Of a stretch of DNA of 64,000 nt, positions 1 through 10,913 are shown one piece after another (position 1 is the stretch's first letter; every line of letters starts with the position of its first letter). Both the position numbers and the translations under genes were made by a program. The stretch is from Bdellovibrionales bacterium (GTDB lineage: Bacteria > Bdellovibrionota > Bdellovibrionia > Bdellovibrionales > UBA1609): the NCBI GenBank assembly GCA_965261545.1, contig CBDHDF010000002.1, forward strand, positions 320,001 through 384,000. The letters run 5' to 3'. A model generated the notes under the pieces. The model was not told the origin of the DNA. It was given only the letters and a program-made list of their open reading frames with translations, and did not search any database.

Positions 1-2064
1 ATTGACGGAATTTAGGTTTGCCAACTGGGCACGGCTGGTAAGGGGCCTTGTCACAAGCTCCCACTTGTAGGTCAAAGATTTTTTCTCAGGGTCTGAAGAG
101 GCCGAACCATCCAAGGTGACAAGTGCGCCCGAAAAGGCTTTTTGGTCTGCTCCTGCATTGGCAATGGGTTTGGTGTTGTAGGCCGCCACATTGATGGTGA
201 CAAGGGACATGGTTTCAGAGTCCCGTTTTCCATCGTTGGCTTTGTAGGAAAAAACGACAGTTCCAATAAAATCATCCGTAGGTGTAAAGGTGCAGGCAAG
301 CTCGGTGGTTTGATCGAGGCATCCTGTGAGAGTGCCCGAGGCGGGCTGGTTGACAACAAAATAGGTAAGAGAATCACTTTCAGGATCGGTGGCTCCATTC
401 AGTGTGAATTCAAAAACTTTGTTTTGCATGGCTGCAAAAGTTTGGTCACCGGTGAGAATGGGGGGAAGGTTGGGCTCTGTCACGGAAATGGTGAAAGGAG
501 ATGTTTGATGGGTGAGACCATCATCGTCGGTGATTTTTAGAGAAACTTGGTGCTCTCCTGCACGGGAAAAAACTTTTTGAGCCGTGGCTTCGGAACCTGA
601 AAGGGTGGTTCCGTCGCTAAAAATCCATTCATAGGTGACAATATTTCCATCGCTATCCTGAGAGCTTGAGCCATCTAGGGAAACGGTCAAGGGAGCCGTG
701 CCACTTTGGGGGCTGGCTGTGAAAGCCGCCACGGGAGAGACAAGATTTTTGGTGGCGGTGATGAGAATTTCTTTTTCAGCCATGGCTCCACCATCATCTG
801 TCGCCACAAGTTTTACTTTATGGGCTCCTGCTGTAGTGAAAGTGTACTGAGCTGTGGCTCCCGAAACAGTGGAATCATCGGGAAAAGTCCATGTGTAGCC
901 ACGAATTTGTCCATCGGGGTCACTGGTTCCCGTGCTGTTAAAATTCACCGTAAAGGGAACTTCCCCAGAGGTGACATCGGCACCAATAACAAGGGTGGGA
1001 ATTTGATTGACTTGATTGGCATTGAGACAAGAGCCTGAGTAAGTTGCCGCTTGGATGGTGGTGTTTCTTTGAATGCGACAGCCTTGGGCTTGGATATGGG
1101 CGTTTTGTTTGGCATAGAGAAAGGACCTTTTTTTAAACTCAAAGAGATTGCTGGAGATTATGGAAACACTGTTTCCTCTTATGTTGGAGCCTTGGCCCAT
1201 GCTGATTCTGTTTCCACCTCCATTTCCTCGACTTTCCACAACAAGAGATCCCCTGGCTGTGATGGACATGCCTGCCAAGTGAATCGTATCATAGCCCACA
1301 ATGCTAAGGTTGTTGGATTCCACAATGGAGCCCGCACCAAAGCGAATGGGAATCAATGATGCTCCCACATGGGTGGAGACAATGCCTGTGTTATCTCTGA
1401 TATTTAAACGAACCCCTTGGTTGATATGAGATTTTCCAGAGGAGAAGATTTCTAATTCGTTGGCTTTTAAAACTGAGGAGTTTTGGACAATGGTGTCTCC
1501 ATTTATGGAGAGAATATGTATTTTTTCAGACATCAAAACAGATCGAGATGAAATGAGCACCTCTTTCTTTCCATCGAGACAGAGGTTTGTGACATTGTGA
1601 GTTTGCCCTCCTCGAAAGTGAATCTTACAGGGCGAGTGAAGGGTGAGATTGGTGCCAGAGAGGGGAAAAGAAATTCTGACATTCTTATATTGCCCATTGG
1701 ATAGGCCAAAGTTCGACTGATAGCTCTGAAGTTCTGCCATATTACGGACTAAAACAAATTCACTGGAACAAGTGGCCGTTGTGTTGTAGTCCGTCTTTGT
1801 TTGGCAAAAGCCACGGGGAGGTGAGGGCACTTCTTGGCTGGGGCTGTTGTTTGTAGAACTGCTTGAAGAATTGCTAGAGGAACTGCCGTCTGTGGTACTG
1901 CTGGAGCTGTTGGAATTACTTTCGGTGGCCTTCAGTGGAGGCGGAGAGATGAATAGGGACAGAGCCAAAAAGGTCAGGGTCAATGCAATCAATATAGAAA
2001 ATATCGGTAATAATAGGCATACACGACGGGATACATACAACTTGGATTGAGTGGTCAAATTCAT
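1..2064 (-). CDS. Secreted/surface protein with PKD and Ig-like (Big_9/cadherin-like) domains; 3' end beyond window edge
   Basis: Missing from the ORF track because no stop falls in the window. Segments translated by hand from ATG 2064 (or TTG 2058, with AGGAGG upstream) are open: hydrophobic N-terminus, Ser-rich linker, two PKD motifs (VNFNSTGTSDPDGQIRGYTWTFPD; VSLDGSSSQDSDGNIVTYEWIFSDG) and an Ig-like repeat (ATDPESDSLTYFVVNQPASGTLTGC...FSYKANDG). Confidence 0.85.
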   Translation of the reverse strand, partial: MNLTTQSKLYVSRRVCLLLPIFSILIALTLTFLALSLFISPPPLKATESNSNSSSSTTDGSSSSNSSSSSTNNSPSQEVPSPPRGFCQTKTDYNTTATCSSEFVLVRNMAELQSYQSNFGLSNGQYKNVRISFPLSGTNLTLHSPCKIHFRGGQTHNVTNLCLDGKKEVLISSRSVLMSEKIHILSINGDTIVQNSSVLKANELEIFSSGKSHINQGVRLNIRDNTGIVSTHVGASLIPIRFGAGSIVESNNLSIVGYDTIHLAGMSITARGSLVVESRGNGGGNRISMGQGSNIRGNSVSIISSNLFEFKKRSFLYAKQNAHIQAQGCRIQRNTTIQAATYSGSCLNANQVNQIPTLVIGADVTSGEVPFTVNFNSTGTSDPDGQIRGYTWTFPDDSTVSGATAQYTFTTAGAHKVKLVATDDGGAMAEKEILITATKNLVSPVAAFTASPQSGTAPLTVSLDGSSSQDSDGNIVTYEWIFSDGTTLSGSEATAQKVFSRAGEHQVSLKITDDDGLTHQTSPFTISVTEPNLPPILTGDQTFAAMQNKVFEFTLNGATDPESDSLTYFVVNQPASGTLTGCLDQTTELACTFTPTDDFIGTVVFSYKANDGKRDSETMSLVTINVAAYNTKPIANAGADQKAFSGALVTLDGSASSDPEKKSLTYKWELVTRPLTSRAQLANLNSVN

Positions 2065-2084
2065 TCCTCCTTTTGGAAATATGT

Positions 2085-5000
2085 TTAGTCACTTTCATCA
2101 GTATTATCATCACTTTCGTCACTACTAGTTGTTGTGGTTGCTGCTACGAGATGTAATTTCTTTGAAACACTGTGGGTTTGTGAACTGGAATCTGTCACAG
2201 TGAGAGTTACATCATAGGTTCCAGCTGTGTTAAATGTATGAGTTGCAGTGGACCCTGTTTGAGGTGCACTACTATCTCCAAAGTTCCAAGAATAGGTAGA
2301 AACTCCACCACTGGAACTTGAATAGGAGTCAGAGCCATCAAAACTCACAGATTGACCTGTGGAGTACAAAATATGATCTGTTTTCAACCTTGCAATGAGG
2401 TTGAGCCCCCCACCCTCAATAACAGTTCTTTCCGTGGGTGCTTCATCATCTCCAATGGTTCGGGTATGCCCTAAACCGAGTTGGCCATGGTCATTTTTAC
2501 CCCAGCACTGAAGCTTTCCGTTATCGAGGAGAGTACAACTAAAATTGTAACCCTTACTTGATACATGAATAGCTTTTCCATTAAAAGGGGTCGCAGTGGC
2601 ACTAGATGCATATCTTCGGGAAGAAATACTCGCATCTCCGAGTCCCAGTGCACCATTGCTATTATAACCCCAGCATTTCACAGCACCGCTATTTAGTAGA
2701 GCACAGTTGGTATACCACCCTGAAGATATTTGTTTGACATTCTCACCGAGAGCGAGAAGAGGTTGATTAAGGGGTGATGTTATATTATAGTTATAATTTC
2801 CTCCATGGTAGTTCGCAGCTCCCCAGCAAATTACTCCACGGTCTTCAAGAAGAGCGCAAGTGGAAGAGTAGCCGGATGAGACACTTAAAACTTTTTTTGG
2901 TAATGGAACGATAGATAGAGTTGATAAAACTTCATTGTCACCCATATTGAGACTATGCCCTAACCCTAATTGCCCGGAGCTATTTTCACCCCAACATTTA
3001 AGCGTGTCATCCATAAGAACCGCACAAACATGGGAACTTCCTTCAGCTATCATTTTAGTCTTTTGACCCAAAGGTAAATCACTCAAGTTTGAGATATTAT
3101 CAATGGAATTTCTATGACCCAAGCCAAGCTCTCCACTGGAATTATAACCCCAACATCTTACCCCACCACTGGCAAGCAAAGTGCAGGTGGAGTTTCCAAA
3201 TGCACTGACTTGGAGAATTTTTTGTCCAAAGTCAAGAGTATTTATGGTGGCAGGTCGTTCATTGTCTCCAATATTTTGGCCAGAGCGAATTCCCAATTGA
3301 CCGCTGTAGTTGTATCCCCAGCATCTCAATCCATCACTTTCTAGCACAGCACAAGTATGATGATTTCCAGAGGAAATTTGCAGCACACCTTCACCCAAAT
3401 CGATAAACTCTGTGTCTCCTAAAAGGACAAAATCTCGCATGAGGGGAGTCTCATCATCTCCAATGCTTTGAGTGTGTCCCAAGCCTAGTTGTCCATAGTT
3501 ATTTTGACCCCAACAAGTGACTTTTTTATTTTGGAAAAGGGCACAGGCGTGAGAGTATCCCGTGGTTATTTGAACAATAGGAGAGTGTGGAGATTTGACA
3601 TGGAGAAAAACCGTAAAAGCATACTCTGAGTCAGAAGCTCCATCGTTGGCCTTATAGGTAAACTGAGTACCGGCTGTAGAACTAGAGCTAGGTAAGTAGG
3701 TGCAAGTGAGGTCCGCTGTTCCCCCTAAACAGCCAGACAAAGTTCCGTTTGAAGGAGCTTGCACCAGTGTGTAGGTGAGATTATCATCTGGACTATCTTG
3801 GGCGGCCATAAGATTAAGAGTTGTGGTTTCTCCTTGATAAGCCACAAAAACTTCACTGGCTTGGGTGAAAAAGGGAGAGGTGTTCATTTTAACTCGTATT
3901 GTTTGAGAAAAGATATCGGTTTGCCCTAAACTATCTCTGACTGTCAGGGTGATGGTGTAGTTTCCTGATCTTGCAAACCTATGGGTGACTTTTTGTCCCG
4001 ATCCATGAGTGCTACTATCACCAAAGTTCCAAGAGTAACTGGTTATGGAGGTGTTTGCATAAGAGTTTGAGGCGTCAAATTGAATCTCATTGGAGTCACT
4101 CACATGGGCATTATGGGCAAACCTAGCTATGACAGGGCTGCCCTCTCCTCCTAAAATGGGTGAATCTGCGTATGTCGAAAGCTCATTATCGCCAATGTTT
4201 TCAGTATGAGCCAATCCAAGTTGTCCATAGTTGTTATTGCCCCAAGAACTAACGTGACCATCTTTAAAAAGAGTATGAATATGTCTGGCTCCCAAAGAAA
4301 AACTTGCAATATGACCGCTCAAAGGAATGTCTAGGATACCAGAGTAATGATTAGCTTGAGATTCAGGCACACTGATGCCTAGCCATTGGTGAGCCCTGTA
4401 GCCCCAGCACTTTAAGCCACCACTTACCATAAGTGCACATGTGGTGGTATATCCACTTGCCTTACTCACTTGGATGGTTTTAACCGCTGAACCCAAGGCA
4501 ATGCTGGCTATAGAAGAAGGGAGTTCATTGTCTCCAATATTCTGAGGGTGGCCAGGACCAATGTCACTACGAGCCCCCCAGCATTTGACACTCCGGTTTG
4601 CCAAGAGAGCGCATGTATGTTGAGGGCCTGCTAACACATCCAATACCTTAGAGCCTATGGGAACATTATTTGCTTTAAAGGGGTGTTCATTATCCCCTAT
4701 ATTATGAGTATGACCATAACCGAGTTGTCCATACTCATTCCTCCCCCAGCAACGCACACGTCCATCTTTGAGGAGAGCGCAAGCATGATTATAGCTGGCA
4801 GAAATCTTAATGGCCCTTGCTCCTAAGTTGATAGCTACAAAGGTGTTACTAGTTTCAGAAGAATCATTACCTATGTCATTAGTATGAGCAAGGCCGAGTT
4901 GACCATAATCATTATCCCCCCAGCACTTGATTTTTCCAGAATTTGTAAGGGCACAACTAAAATTATTTCCAGTAGCTATTTGGCGAATAGATTCACCTAA

Positions 5001-8000
5001 ATCAAGAGGGTTGACTGTCGAAGGGAGTTCGTTATCGCCAATCTCATATCTGTGTCCCAAACCGAGTTGGCCATAGTTATTATATCCCCAGCACTTGACT
5101 TTTTCGTTTTCTAGAAGAGCACAAGTGTGTGAATTTCCTAGAGTTATTTGCTTGACGTTGGCCCCTATATTTACAAAATTCACGGAAGCAGGGGTTTCGT
5201 TATCTCCAATATTTTGAGTATGTCCCAACCCCAACTGACCATAGTGATTATAACCCCAGCATTTAATTTTTTTATTCTCATAGAGGGCACAGGTATGGTT
5301 TGTGCCTGCAACAATTTGAATAATAGAGGATGGGGTATCCACAACACGGAGTTTGATAATATTGGCGACAGAATCAGAGTTTCCATCATTGGCTTTGTAT
5401 GAAAAACTAATTTCACCTGTAAAACTAGAGGGGGCTTGGTAGGAGCAGGTCAAATCAGGAGTTCCAGTGAGGCAGTTAGAAAGCGTTCCTTGAAGGGGAG
5501 CTTGAACCAATGTGTAGGTGAGAGAAGATGAGTCTAAGTCTAAGGCAGAATTCAGGTGAATTTGATGGGTTTTTCCCTTGGCTAGAGTAAACTTCTTTTG
5601 AGCACCCTCAAAATAGGGGCGTGAATTATTACTTATGATATCTATGCGCCTTGATGTTGTTGCCGTTTGGTTGAAGTTATCTGTTACAGTAAGGGTCACA
5701 TTAAAAGAGCCAAATTTTGTAAACTGATGAGATGGGTTGGCAAGGTTGGAAGTACTATTATCTCCAAAGTTCCATTGATGGCTCTTAATAGTGCTAGATG
5801 AGAAGCTAAAACTTGAGTCAAATGCAATTGATCGAGGCTTTGCCTTGGATTCTAAATAGTCAAATTGAGCTATGACAGTGTTTCTAACATCTGAAAAGAT
5901 GGAAGAATTCTTTGCCGAAATAAATTCGTCGTCTCCAATACTTCTTGTATGACCTAGGCCCAAGACTCCGTAGGAGTTATTTCCAAAGCATCTTATTTCA
6001 CCATTTCTGAGAGTGACACATGTGTGTGAGTACCCCAAAGCCATTTGATATACAGGTTCACCAAAGTCAACAAACTGGGATTCGCTTGCAAGTGTGGGAT
6101 TTGACACATAAACATGTCCCAATTTTCCATATGAACTAGAACCCCAGCATTTGATTTTATTATTCACCAACAAGGCACAGGTGTGGGTCCCTCCTGTAAA
6201 TACTTTCTTAACATCATCTGAAAAGTCTAAAGAAGAAACGGTAGAAACTAGCTCGTTATCTCCAATAGAGTCTCTATGACCTAGACCCAACTGGCCAAAG
6301 CCGTTATAGCCCCAGCATTTTATATTTTTGTCTTCCAAAAGGGCACAGCTATGATTATAACCCACACTTATATCTAAGGCTCTTTGACCAAGGGGCACAA
6401 GCCCTATGGATGAAGGTAATTCATTATCACCAATGTTATTTCTATGACCAAGTCCTAGCTGGCCATAGTTATTAGACCCCCAACACTTAATATTCCCACC
6501 CATTAAGAGAGCGCAGGAATGATTATAGCCAATTGCTAATTTTTGAGCTTTTCCTCCTAGATTCACAGAAGGAATTCTTGCAAAATTTTCCAAAAGAGAA
6601 TCTCCAATATAGTTTGTATGACCATAGCCTAATTTACCATGGGTATTATCACCCCAACATTTCACTTGGCCACCTTCACCGAGAACACAACTAAAATTCG
6701 ATCCACTAGCAATTTTTTTTATTGGAAATCCAAAATTTAGAGAAGCTATGGAAGAAGGGATTGAGGAGCTTCCTCTATGGTTCGGACCTAAAACTCCATA
6801 CTGGCTTTGACCACCCCAGCATTTTACATTTTTATTTTCTAATAATACGCATGTATGTGAGTTCCCTAGGCTTATCTGTAAAATATTTGCTCCTACATCG
6901 ACAAAAGGTTGAGACCATGGTCTTTCATCATCTCCAATGCTATTCGTATGCCCCAATCCCAATTGGCCATAGTCATTTCTTCCCCAACACTTTATCTTCT
7001 TGTTATCAAAGAGAACACAGTTGTGATTATTAAATGTAGAAATTTGTAGAATAGTAGATTGTCCATTTGGAACAATATTTAAATCTACTTTGGTGGAAAA
7101 TAAAGCATCTGAAGTTCCATCATTGGCAATGTAAGAGAAAGATGATTGACCTTTAAAATTAGTGGGAGCTGTGTATTTGCAAATTAAGTCATTGTTATTA
7201 TTCATGCACTCTGTGAGGACCCCTTGAGAGGGGTTGCCTATCAAGCGATAGGTTAAAGGTCCTTGACTTAATTTCTTTGCTGGCAAAAGTTTGATGATAG
7301 AACTTTTACCTTGCTCCACAGTGAATCTTTGATTAAGAGGCATAATCGGAGGGTCGTTGATTGGATAAACTCTAATCTTCTTTTCTAGAGAAGAAGATCT
7401 ACTATTTTGATCTGTGACTGTTAGATTGACAGTGTATAAACCTGGCGTGGCAAAAGTAGTCATAGATAGTGGTGTTGATCCTTTCGCTACTTTTCCATTA
7501 CCAAAATTCCAGGAATAGAAACGAATAGAAGACTTTAAAAATGAGTTTGAGGCATTAAATTGAACAATGGATAGTGCTCTTGTATTTGTAGGTGTAAAAG
7601 AGAACCTTGGATAAATATAAGAAGAATCTCCACCAACAGGTACATGAGGAGTATTTAAAATATTTTCATCATCTCCTATGTTATTTGTATGAGCCATACC
7701 TAATTTGCCTCGATGGTTATCTCCCCAACATATTACTTTTCCATTCTTTAGAAGAGCACAGGCATGGGACCGTCCTGTAGCAATTTGTATCACTTTTTCT
7801 GGCCCAGAAAATACCAAGGTACCTTGTGATGATGGTAGTTCATTATCTCCAATATTATTTCTGTGTCCTAGCCCAAGTTGTCCACTAAAATTGTACCCCC
7901 AGCACTTGATATGCCCCCCATTCAAAAGAGTACATGCGAAGGAACCTCCTGAAGTTAATTGAGAAGCTTGAGTGCCTAAACTGATAGTTCCTACAGTGCT

Positions 8001-10184
8001 TGGGTGTTCATTATCTCCAATACTATAGGGACGACTTGGTAGGTAGCCAAGTCCTAGTTGTCCATCGCGCCCTCTTCCCCAGCACTTTGTATTCCCTGTG
8101 GTGAGTCTTGCACAAGAAAAGTTACTTCCAGAGGATATTTCTACAGCTTGTCCACCTAAACGGATGGAAGGTATAAAAGAAGGGGCTTCATCGTCACCAA
8201 TATTGTTTTTGTGTGCTAAGCCCAATTGTCCATGGTCATTGTGACCCCAACATTTGACTTGTCCTTCACTTAGAAGAGCGCAAGAATGATCGTCTCCTAG
8301 TGAAATACTTATAGCCTTTGCTCCCAGATCAACAAAATTTACTTCATCTAATTTTTCAGCATCTCCAATATTTTGAGTATGAGCATATCCTAGTTGGCCA
8401 TAGCTATTGTTGCCCCAGCATTTTATCTGTCCTGTTTCAAACAAAGCACAAGCATGACCATAGCCTGCGCTAATATCTTTTACAGGAGCTTGGGTTCCAA
8501 AGTTAATCGTACCTAAAGATGAGGGTGCGAGGTGAGATGTATAATTATTATGGCCTAAGCCTAGGGATCCTATGCTATTTTGTCCCCAACACTTTACCTT
8601 TTGATTTTTCAAGAGAGCACAGGTGAAAAAATCTGCAAGTGCTAGTTTTAATACTTCTTCTCCCACATCGACGTTTCCTAGAGACAGAGGTGTTTCATTA
8701 TCTCCTACGGGTTGGCTATGGCCAAAACCTAAGGAGCCACCTCTATTTTTCCCCCAGCACCTTATGTTTCCATCATTGAATATAGCACATGAGTTATCAT
8801 AACCTAGTGAAATTTGAGTGATGAACTCAGAGAAAGATGTAACTCTTAGCGTAACAATGGAAGGAGAGGAGTCCAGAGATTTATCATTGACTTTATAGGA
8901 AAATTTGATTTCTCCAGTAAAATTCTGTGGAGGAGCGTATAGGCAATTTAAACCCTTTATCCCTCCTAAACCCAAACAGCCGGAGAGTGTTCCTTTGGAG
9001 GGAAGACTCACTATACTATAAGTTAGGAGATCATTTTCTAAATCATTTCCTTGGCGAAGACTAATTTTAGAAGATAAACTATCTTTGTTGACAGATATAA
9101 CTTGGTTAGAAACAAGTTGAGGAGCAGTATTAAATATCACATTAACACTCACCTCTGATACAACTCCCTTTGGTGGAAATCCACTATCATAGCTGAAGAT
9201 GTAAAAGTTATCTAAGCCTTTAAATCCTAGTGGACTGATATAGTTAAATTGATTTGAAATCAGATAAGCGGTTCCTCTGCTTAAGGTAGTATTGTGACTA
9301 TTATAATTATTAATATTGAGAATTTCTGAAGAATGAGATTGGCCTATATCAGCGTCAGAGATAGAGAGGAAGCCAGATACATTTTTTGAATTGATTCCTG
9401 TGTTTAAAGAAAGGTTTGTGACTGATGGAATTGAATTGCTGTCTGTTATTATTCCAGGTTTGACAATTTTAACTTTCACTGAACTTCCTACTCCACCAAT
9501 GACCTTTATGGCGAAATTATTATCTGCCAATAAAGAAATGGGTAATAAGAAGGTTTTGGAGCTTCCTATAAATCCAGAAGGAAGAGACACAAGTGATGAA
9601 TTCAGATTGAGTGATACATTTTCTGCAGCATTATTTGTAATTTTTAAGATATATCTACCTGGTGCGACTGTAAAAGACTTTGATATTGATGTGCACCCGA
9701 TTCTAAGTAAAGCACAGAGGATAGGAGTATAGTAGTTCTGAGAGGTTAATACGGTTTTACCATCAACATGCACTGCTGAAATCACTAAGAATTTAGGTTT
9801 ACTGAAGAGAGTTCTATCACTAACACTTAAGCTCACAACATAAAGGCCAGGGACATCGGCTTGAAAAGATGGCTGTGCAGGACTAGGGGTTGTAAAATAA
9901 GCACTAGAATCTTCAGGTTTTTTAGCAAAAGACCAATGATAGGAGAGGGGACGAGACTCTGGATTACTAGATCCTACAGCACTTAATGATATTTCTGTAC
10001 CTATAGGTACTGCCTGTGGAGATGTGGTAGATAGGTGGGCAATTGGATGTTGATTGTTACTAGGTGATTCTGCTTGATTTTGAGCAATGGACATTAAGGG
10101 GGATAAAAATATGAAAACAACTATAGCTAAAGAAGATAAATACAGATACATCCTGTGGTATAAAAAATTGCTTTTCATTTTCAT
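2085..10184 (-). CDS. Giant secreted RCC1-repeat/PKD/Ig-like (Big_9) surface protein, 2699 aa
   Basis: Signal-like N-terminus; four blocks of RCC1 repeats (HTCALL..G.VKCWG.N.YGQLGLGH), each preceded by an Ig-like domain (LTY.LV..P..GTL..C...FSYKANDG) and followed by a PKD domain (SWNFGD). Confidence 0.93.
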   Translation of the reverse strand: MKMKSNFLYHRMYLYLSSLAIVVFIFLSPLMSIAQNQAESPSNNQHPIAHLSTTSPQAVPIGTEISLSAVGSSNPESRPLSYHWSFAKKPEDSSAYFTTPSPAQPSFQADVPGLYVVSLSVSDRTLFSKPKFLVISAVHVDGKTVLTSQNYYTPILCALLRIGCTSISKSFTVAPGRYILKITNNAAENVSLNLNSSLVSLPSGFIGSSKTFLLPISLLADNNFAIKVIGGVGSSVKVKIVKPGIITDSNSIPSVTNLSLNTGINSKNVSGFLSISDADIGQSHSSEILNINNYNSHNTTLSRGTAYLISNQFNYISPLGFKGLDNFYIFSYDSGFPPKGVVSEVSVNVIFNTAPQLVSNQVISVNKDSLSSKISLRQGNDLENDLLTYSIVSLPSKGTLSGCLGLGGIKGLNCLYAPPQNFTGEIKFSYKVNDKSLDSSPSIVTLRVTSFSEFITQISLGYDNSCAIFNDGNIRCWGKNRGGSLGFGHSQPVGDNETPLSLGNVDVGEEVLKLALADFFTCALLKNQKVKCWGQNSIGSLGLGHNNYTSHLAPSSLGTINFGTQAPVKDISAGYGHACALFETGQIKCWGNNSYGQLGYAHTQNIGDAEKLDEVNFVDLGAKAISISLGDDHSCALLSEGQVKCWGHNDHGQLGLAHKNNIGDDEAPSFIPSIRLGGQAVEISSGSNFSCARLTTGNTKCWGRGRDGQLGLGYLPSRPYSIGDNEHPSTVGTISLGTQASQLTSGGSFACTLLNGGHIKCWGYNFSGQLGLGHRNNIGDNELPSSQGTLVFSGPEKVIQIATGRSHACALLKNGKVICWGDNHRGKLGMAHTNNIGDDENILNTPHVPVGGDSSYIYPRFSFTPTNTRALSIVQFNASNSFLKSSIRFYSWNFGNGKVAKGSTPLSMTTFATPGLYTVNLTVTDQNSRSSSLEKKIRVYPINDPPIMPLNQRFTVEQGKSSIIKLLPAKKLSQGPLTYRLIGNPSQGVLTECMNNNNDLICKYTAPTNFKGQSSFSYIANDGTSDALFSTKVDLNIVPNGQSTILQISTFNNHNCVLFDNKKIKCWGRNDYGQLGLGHTNSIGDDERPWSQPFVDVGANILQISLGNSHTCVLLENKNVKCWGGQSQYGVLGPNHRGSSSIPSSIASLNFGFPIKKIASGSNFSCVLGEGGQVKCWGDNTHGKLGYGHTNYIGDSLLENFARIPSVNLGGKAQKLAIGYNHSCALLMGGNIKCWGSNNYGQLGLGHRNNIGDNELPSSIGLVPLGQRALDISVGYNHSCALLEDKNIKCWGYNGFGQLGLGHRDSIGDNELVSTVSSLDFSDDVKKVFTGGTHTCALLVNNKIKCWGSSSYGKLGHVYVSNPTLASESQFVDFGEPVYQMALGYSHTCVTLRNGEIRCFGNNSYGVLGLGHTRSIGDDEFISAKNSSIFSDVRNTVIAQFDYLESKAKPRSIAFDSSFSFSSSTIKSHQWNFGDNSTSNLANPSHQFTKFGSFNVTLTVTDNFNQTATTSRRIDIISNNSRPYFEGAQKKFTLAKGKTHQIHLNSALDLDSSSLTYTLVQAPLQGTLSNCLTGTPDLTCSYQAPSSFTGEISFSYKANDGNSDSVANIIKLRVVDTPSSIIQIVAGTNHTCALYENKKIKCWGYNHYGQLGLGHTQNIGDNETPASVNFVNIGANVKQITLGNSHTCALLENEKVKCWGYNNYGQLGLGHRYEIGDNELPSTVNPLDLGESIRQIATGNNFSCALTNSGKIKCWGDNDYGQLGLAHTNDIGNDSSETSNTFVAINLGARAIKISASYNHACALLKDGRVRCWGRNEYGQLGYGHTHNIGDNEHPFKANNVPIGSKVLDVLAGPQHTCALLANRSVKCWGARSDIGPGHPQNIGDNELPSSIASIALGSAVKTIQVSKASGYTTTCALMVSGGLKCWGYRAHQWLGISVPESQANHYSGILDIPLSGHIASFSLGARHIHTLFKDGHVSSWGNNNYGQLGLAHTENIGDNELSTYADSPILGGEGSPVIARFAHNAHVSDSNEIQFDASNSYANTSITSYSWNFGDSSTHGSGQKVTHRFARSGNYTITLTVRDSLGQTDIFSQTIRVKMNTSPFFTQASEVFVAYQGETTTLNLMAAQDSPDDNLTYTLVQAPSNGTLSGCLGGTADLTCTYLPSSSSTAGTQFTYKANDGASDSEYAFTVFLHVKSPHSPIVQITTGYSHACALFQNKKVTCWGQNNYGQLGLGHTQSIGDDETPLMRDFVLLGDTEFIDLGEGVLQISSGNHHTCAVLESDGLRCWGYNYSGQLGIRSGQNIGDNERPATINTLDFGQKILQVSAFGNSTCTLLASGGVRCWGYNSSGELGLGHRNSIDNISNLSDLPLGQKTKMIAEGSSHVCAVLMDDTLKCWGENSSGQLGLGHSLNMGDNEVLSTLSIVPLPKKVLSVSSGYSSTCALLEDRGVICWGAANYHGGNYNYNITSPLNQPLLALGENVKQISSGWYTNCALLNSGAVKCWGYNSNGALGLGDASISSRRYASSATATPFNGKAIHVSSKGYNFSCTLLDNGKLQCWGKNDHGQLGLGHTRTIGDDEAPTERTVIEGGGLNLIARLKTDHILYSTGQSVSFDGSDSYSSSSGGVSTYSWNFGDSSAPQTGSTATHTFNTAGTYDVTLTVTDSSSQTHSVSKKLHLVAATTTTSSDESDDNTDESD

Positions 10185-10829
10185 GATAATAGATATTTTC
10201 CTTTTACGTTCAAAAGAATTTTTTTAATAAAACTAATTAATTTATAAAATAAAATTCAATTTCTGACTATATTATTTCTAATTATTTTAATTTTTTGGTT
10301 CTTTAAATTTAATCTATTTAAGTTAATACTTACAAATTATTTTTCTTATATTCTAAAAATAATACGAAATAAAAAAATACAATCAACTTCAATTAAGGAA
10401 CGGAACACATCGCCTCTTCAACGTCGCATACTCTATGAAGTGCAATGAGTGTTTTATCAATCTTACTTATTTCGAACCTATACTCAACTCGCATCACCTT
10501 TATAAAAAGAGTGTCGTTTAGAATTTGCTGGGAATGATGATGAAATAGATGAATGTATTGAAATTGTGCTTCGCAAAGTAAGTCTTGATACTCACTCAGA
10601 ACTCAGACACAGATAATTAGTGCTCTCTCATGAAGTTCATATTTTTGGACTTGTGCCCTTGGATTAGGATTCATTTTTGCCTCCTTGTGATCATTTATCG
10701 TGAAATCAGGATATCCAAGGAGTCAGAAAATTAAGATGGAACTGTCGAAGTGCATGCAAAGTATGTTGTTGTTGGAACACTTGCACTTATTTTGGCCTGT
10801 GATCTTATTTATCTTAATCTTAGAAGGAA

Positions 10830-10912
10830 CCCTCACTGACTTTTACTTTAGTGAGGGTGGATCTTAGATTATTCAGGTGGGGGCTGCGAGGAGGAAATGT
10901 GCCGCCTCCTCG
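10830..10912 (-). terminator. Two hairpins immediately downstream of the pilin gene (possible terminator or mRNA stabiliser)
   Basis: CGAGGAGG-N10-CCTCCTCG at 10887-10912 and ACCCTCACT...AGTGAGGGT at ~10830-10858; no clear U-tract. Confidence 0.4.
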
Positions 10913-10913
10913 A

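Noticed and set aside
72..2122. Short ORFs listed in the first 2 kb
   Set aside because: They are shadows of the long minus-strand PKD gene that runs off the window.
10185..10830. AT-rich intergenic region as an RNA gene, origin or sigma-54 promoter
   Set aside because: No tRNA/ncRNA fold, DnaA-box cluster or -24/-12 motif was recognisable by eye.
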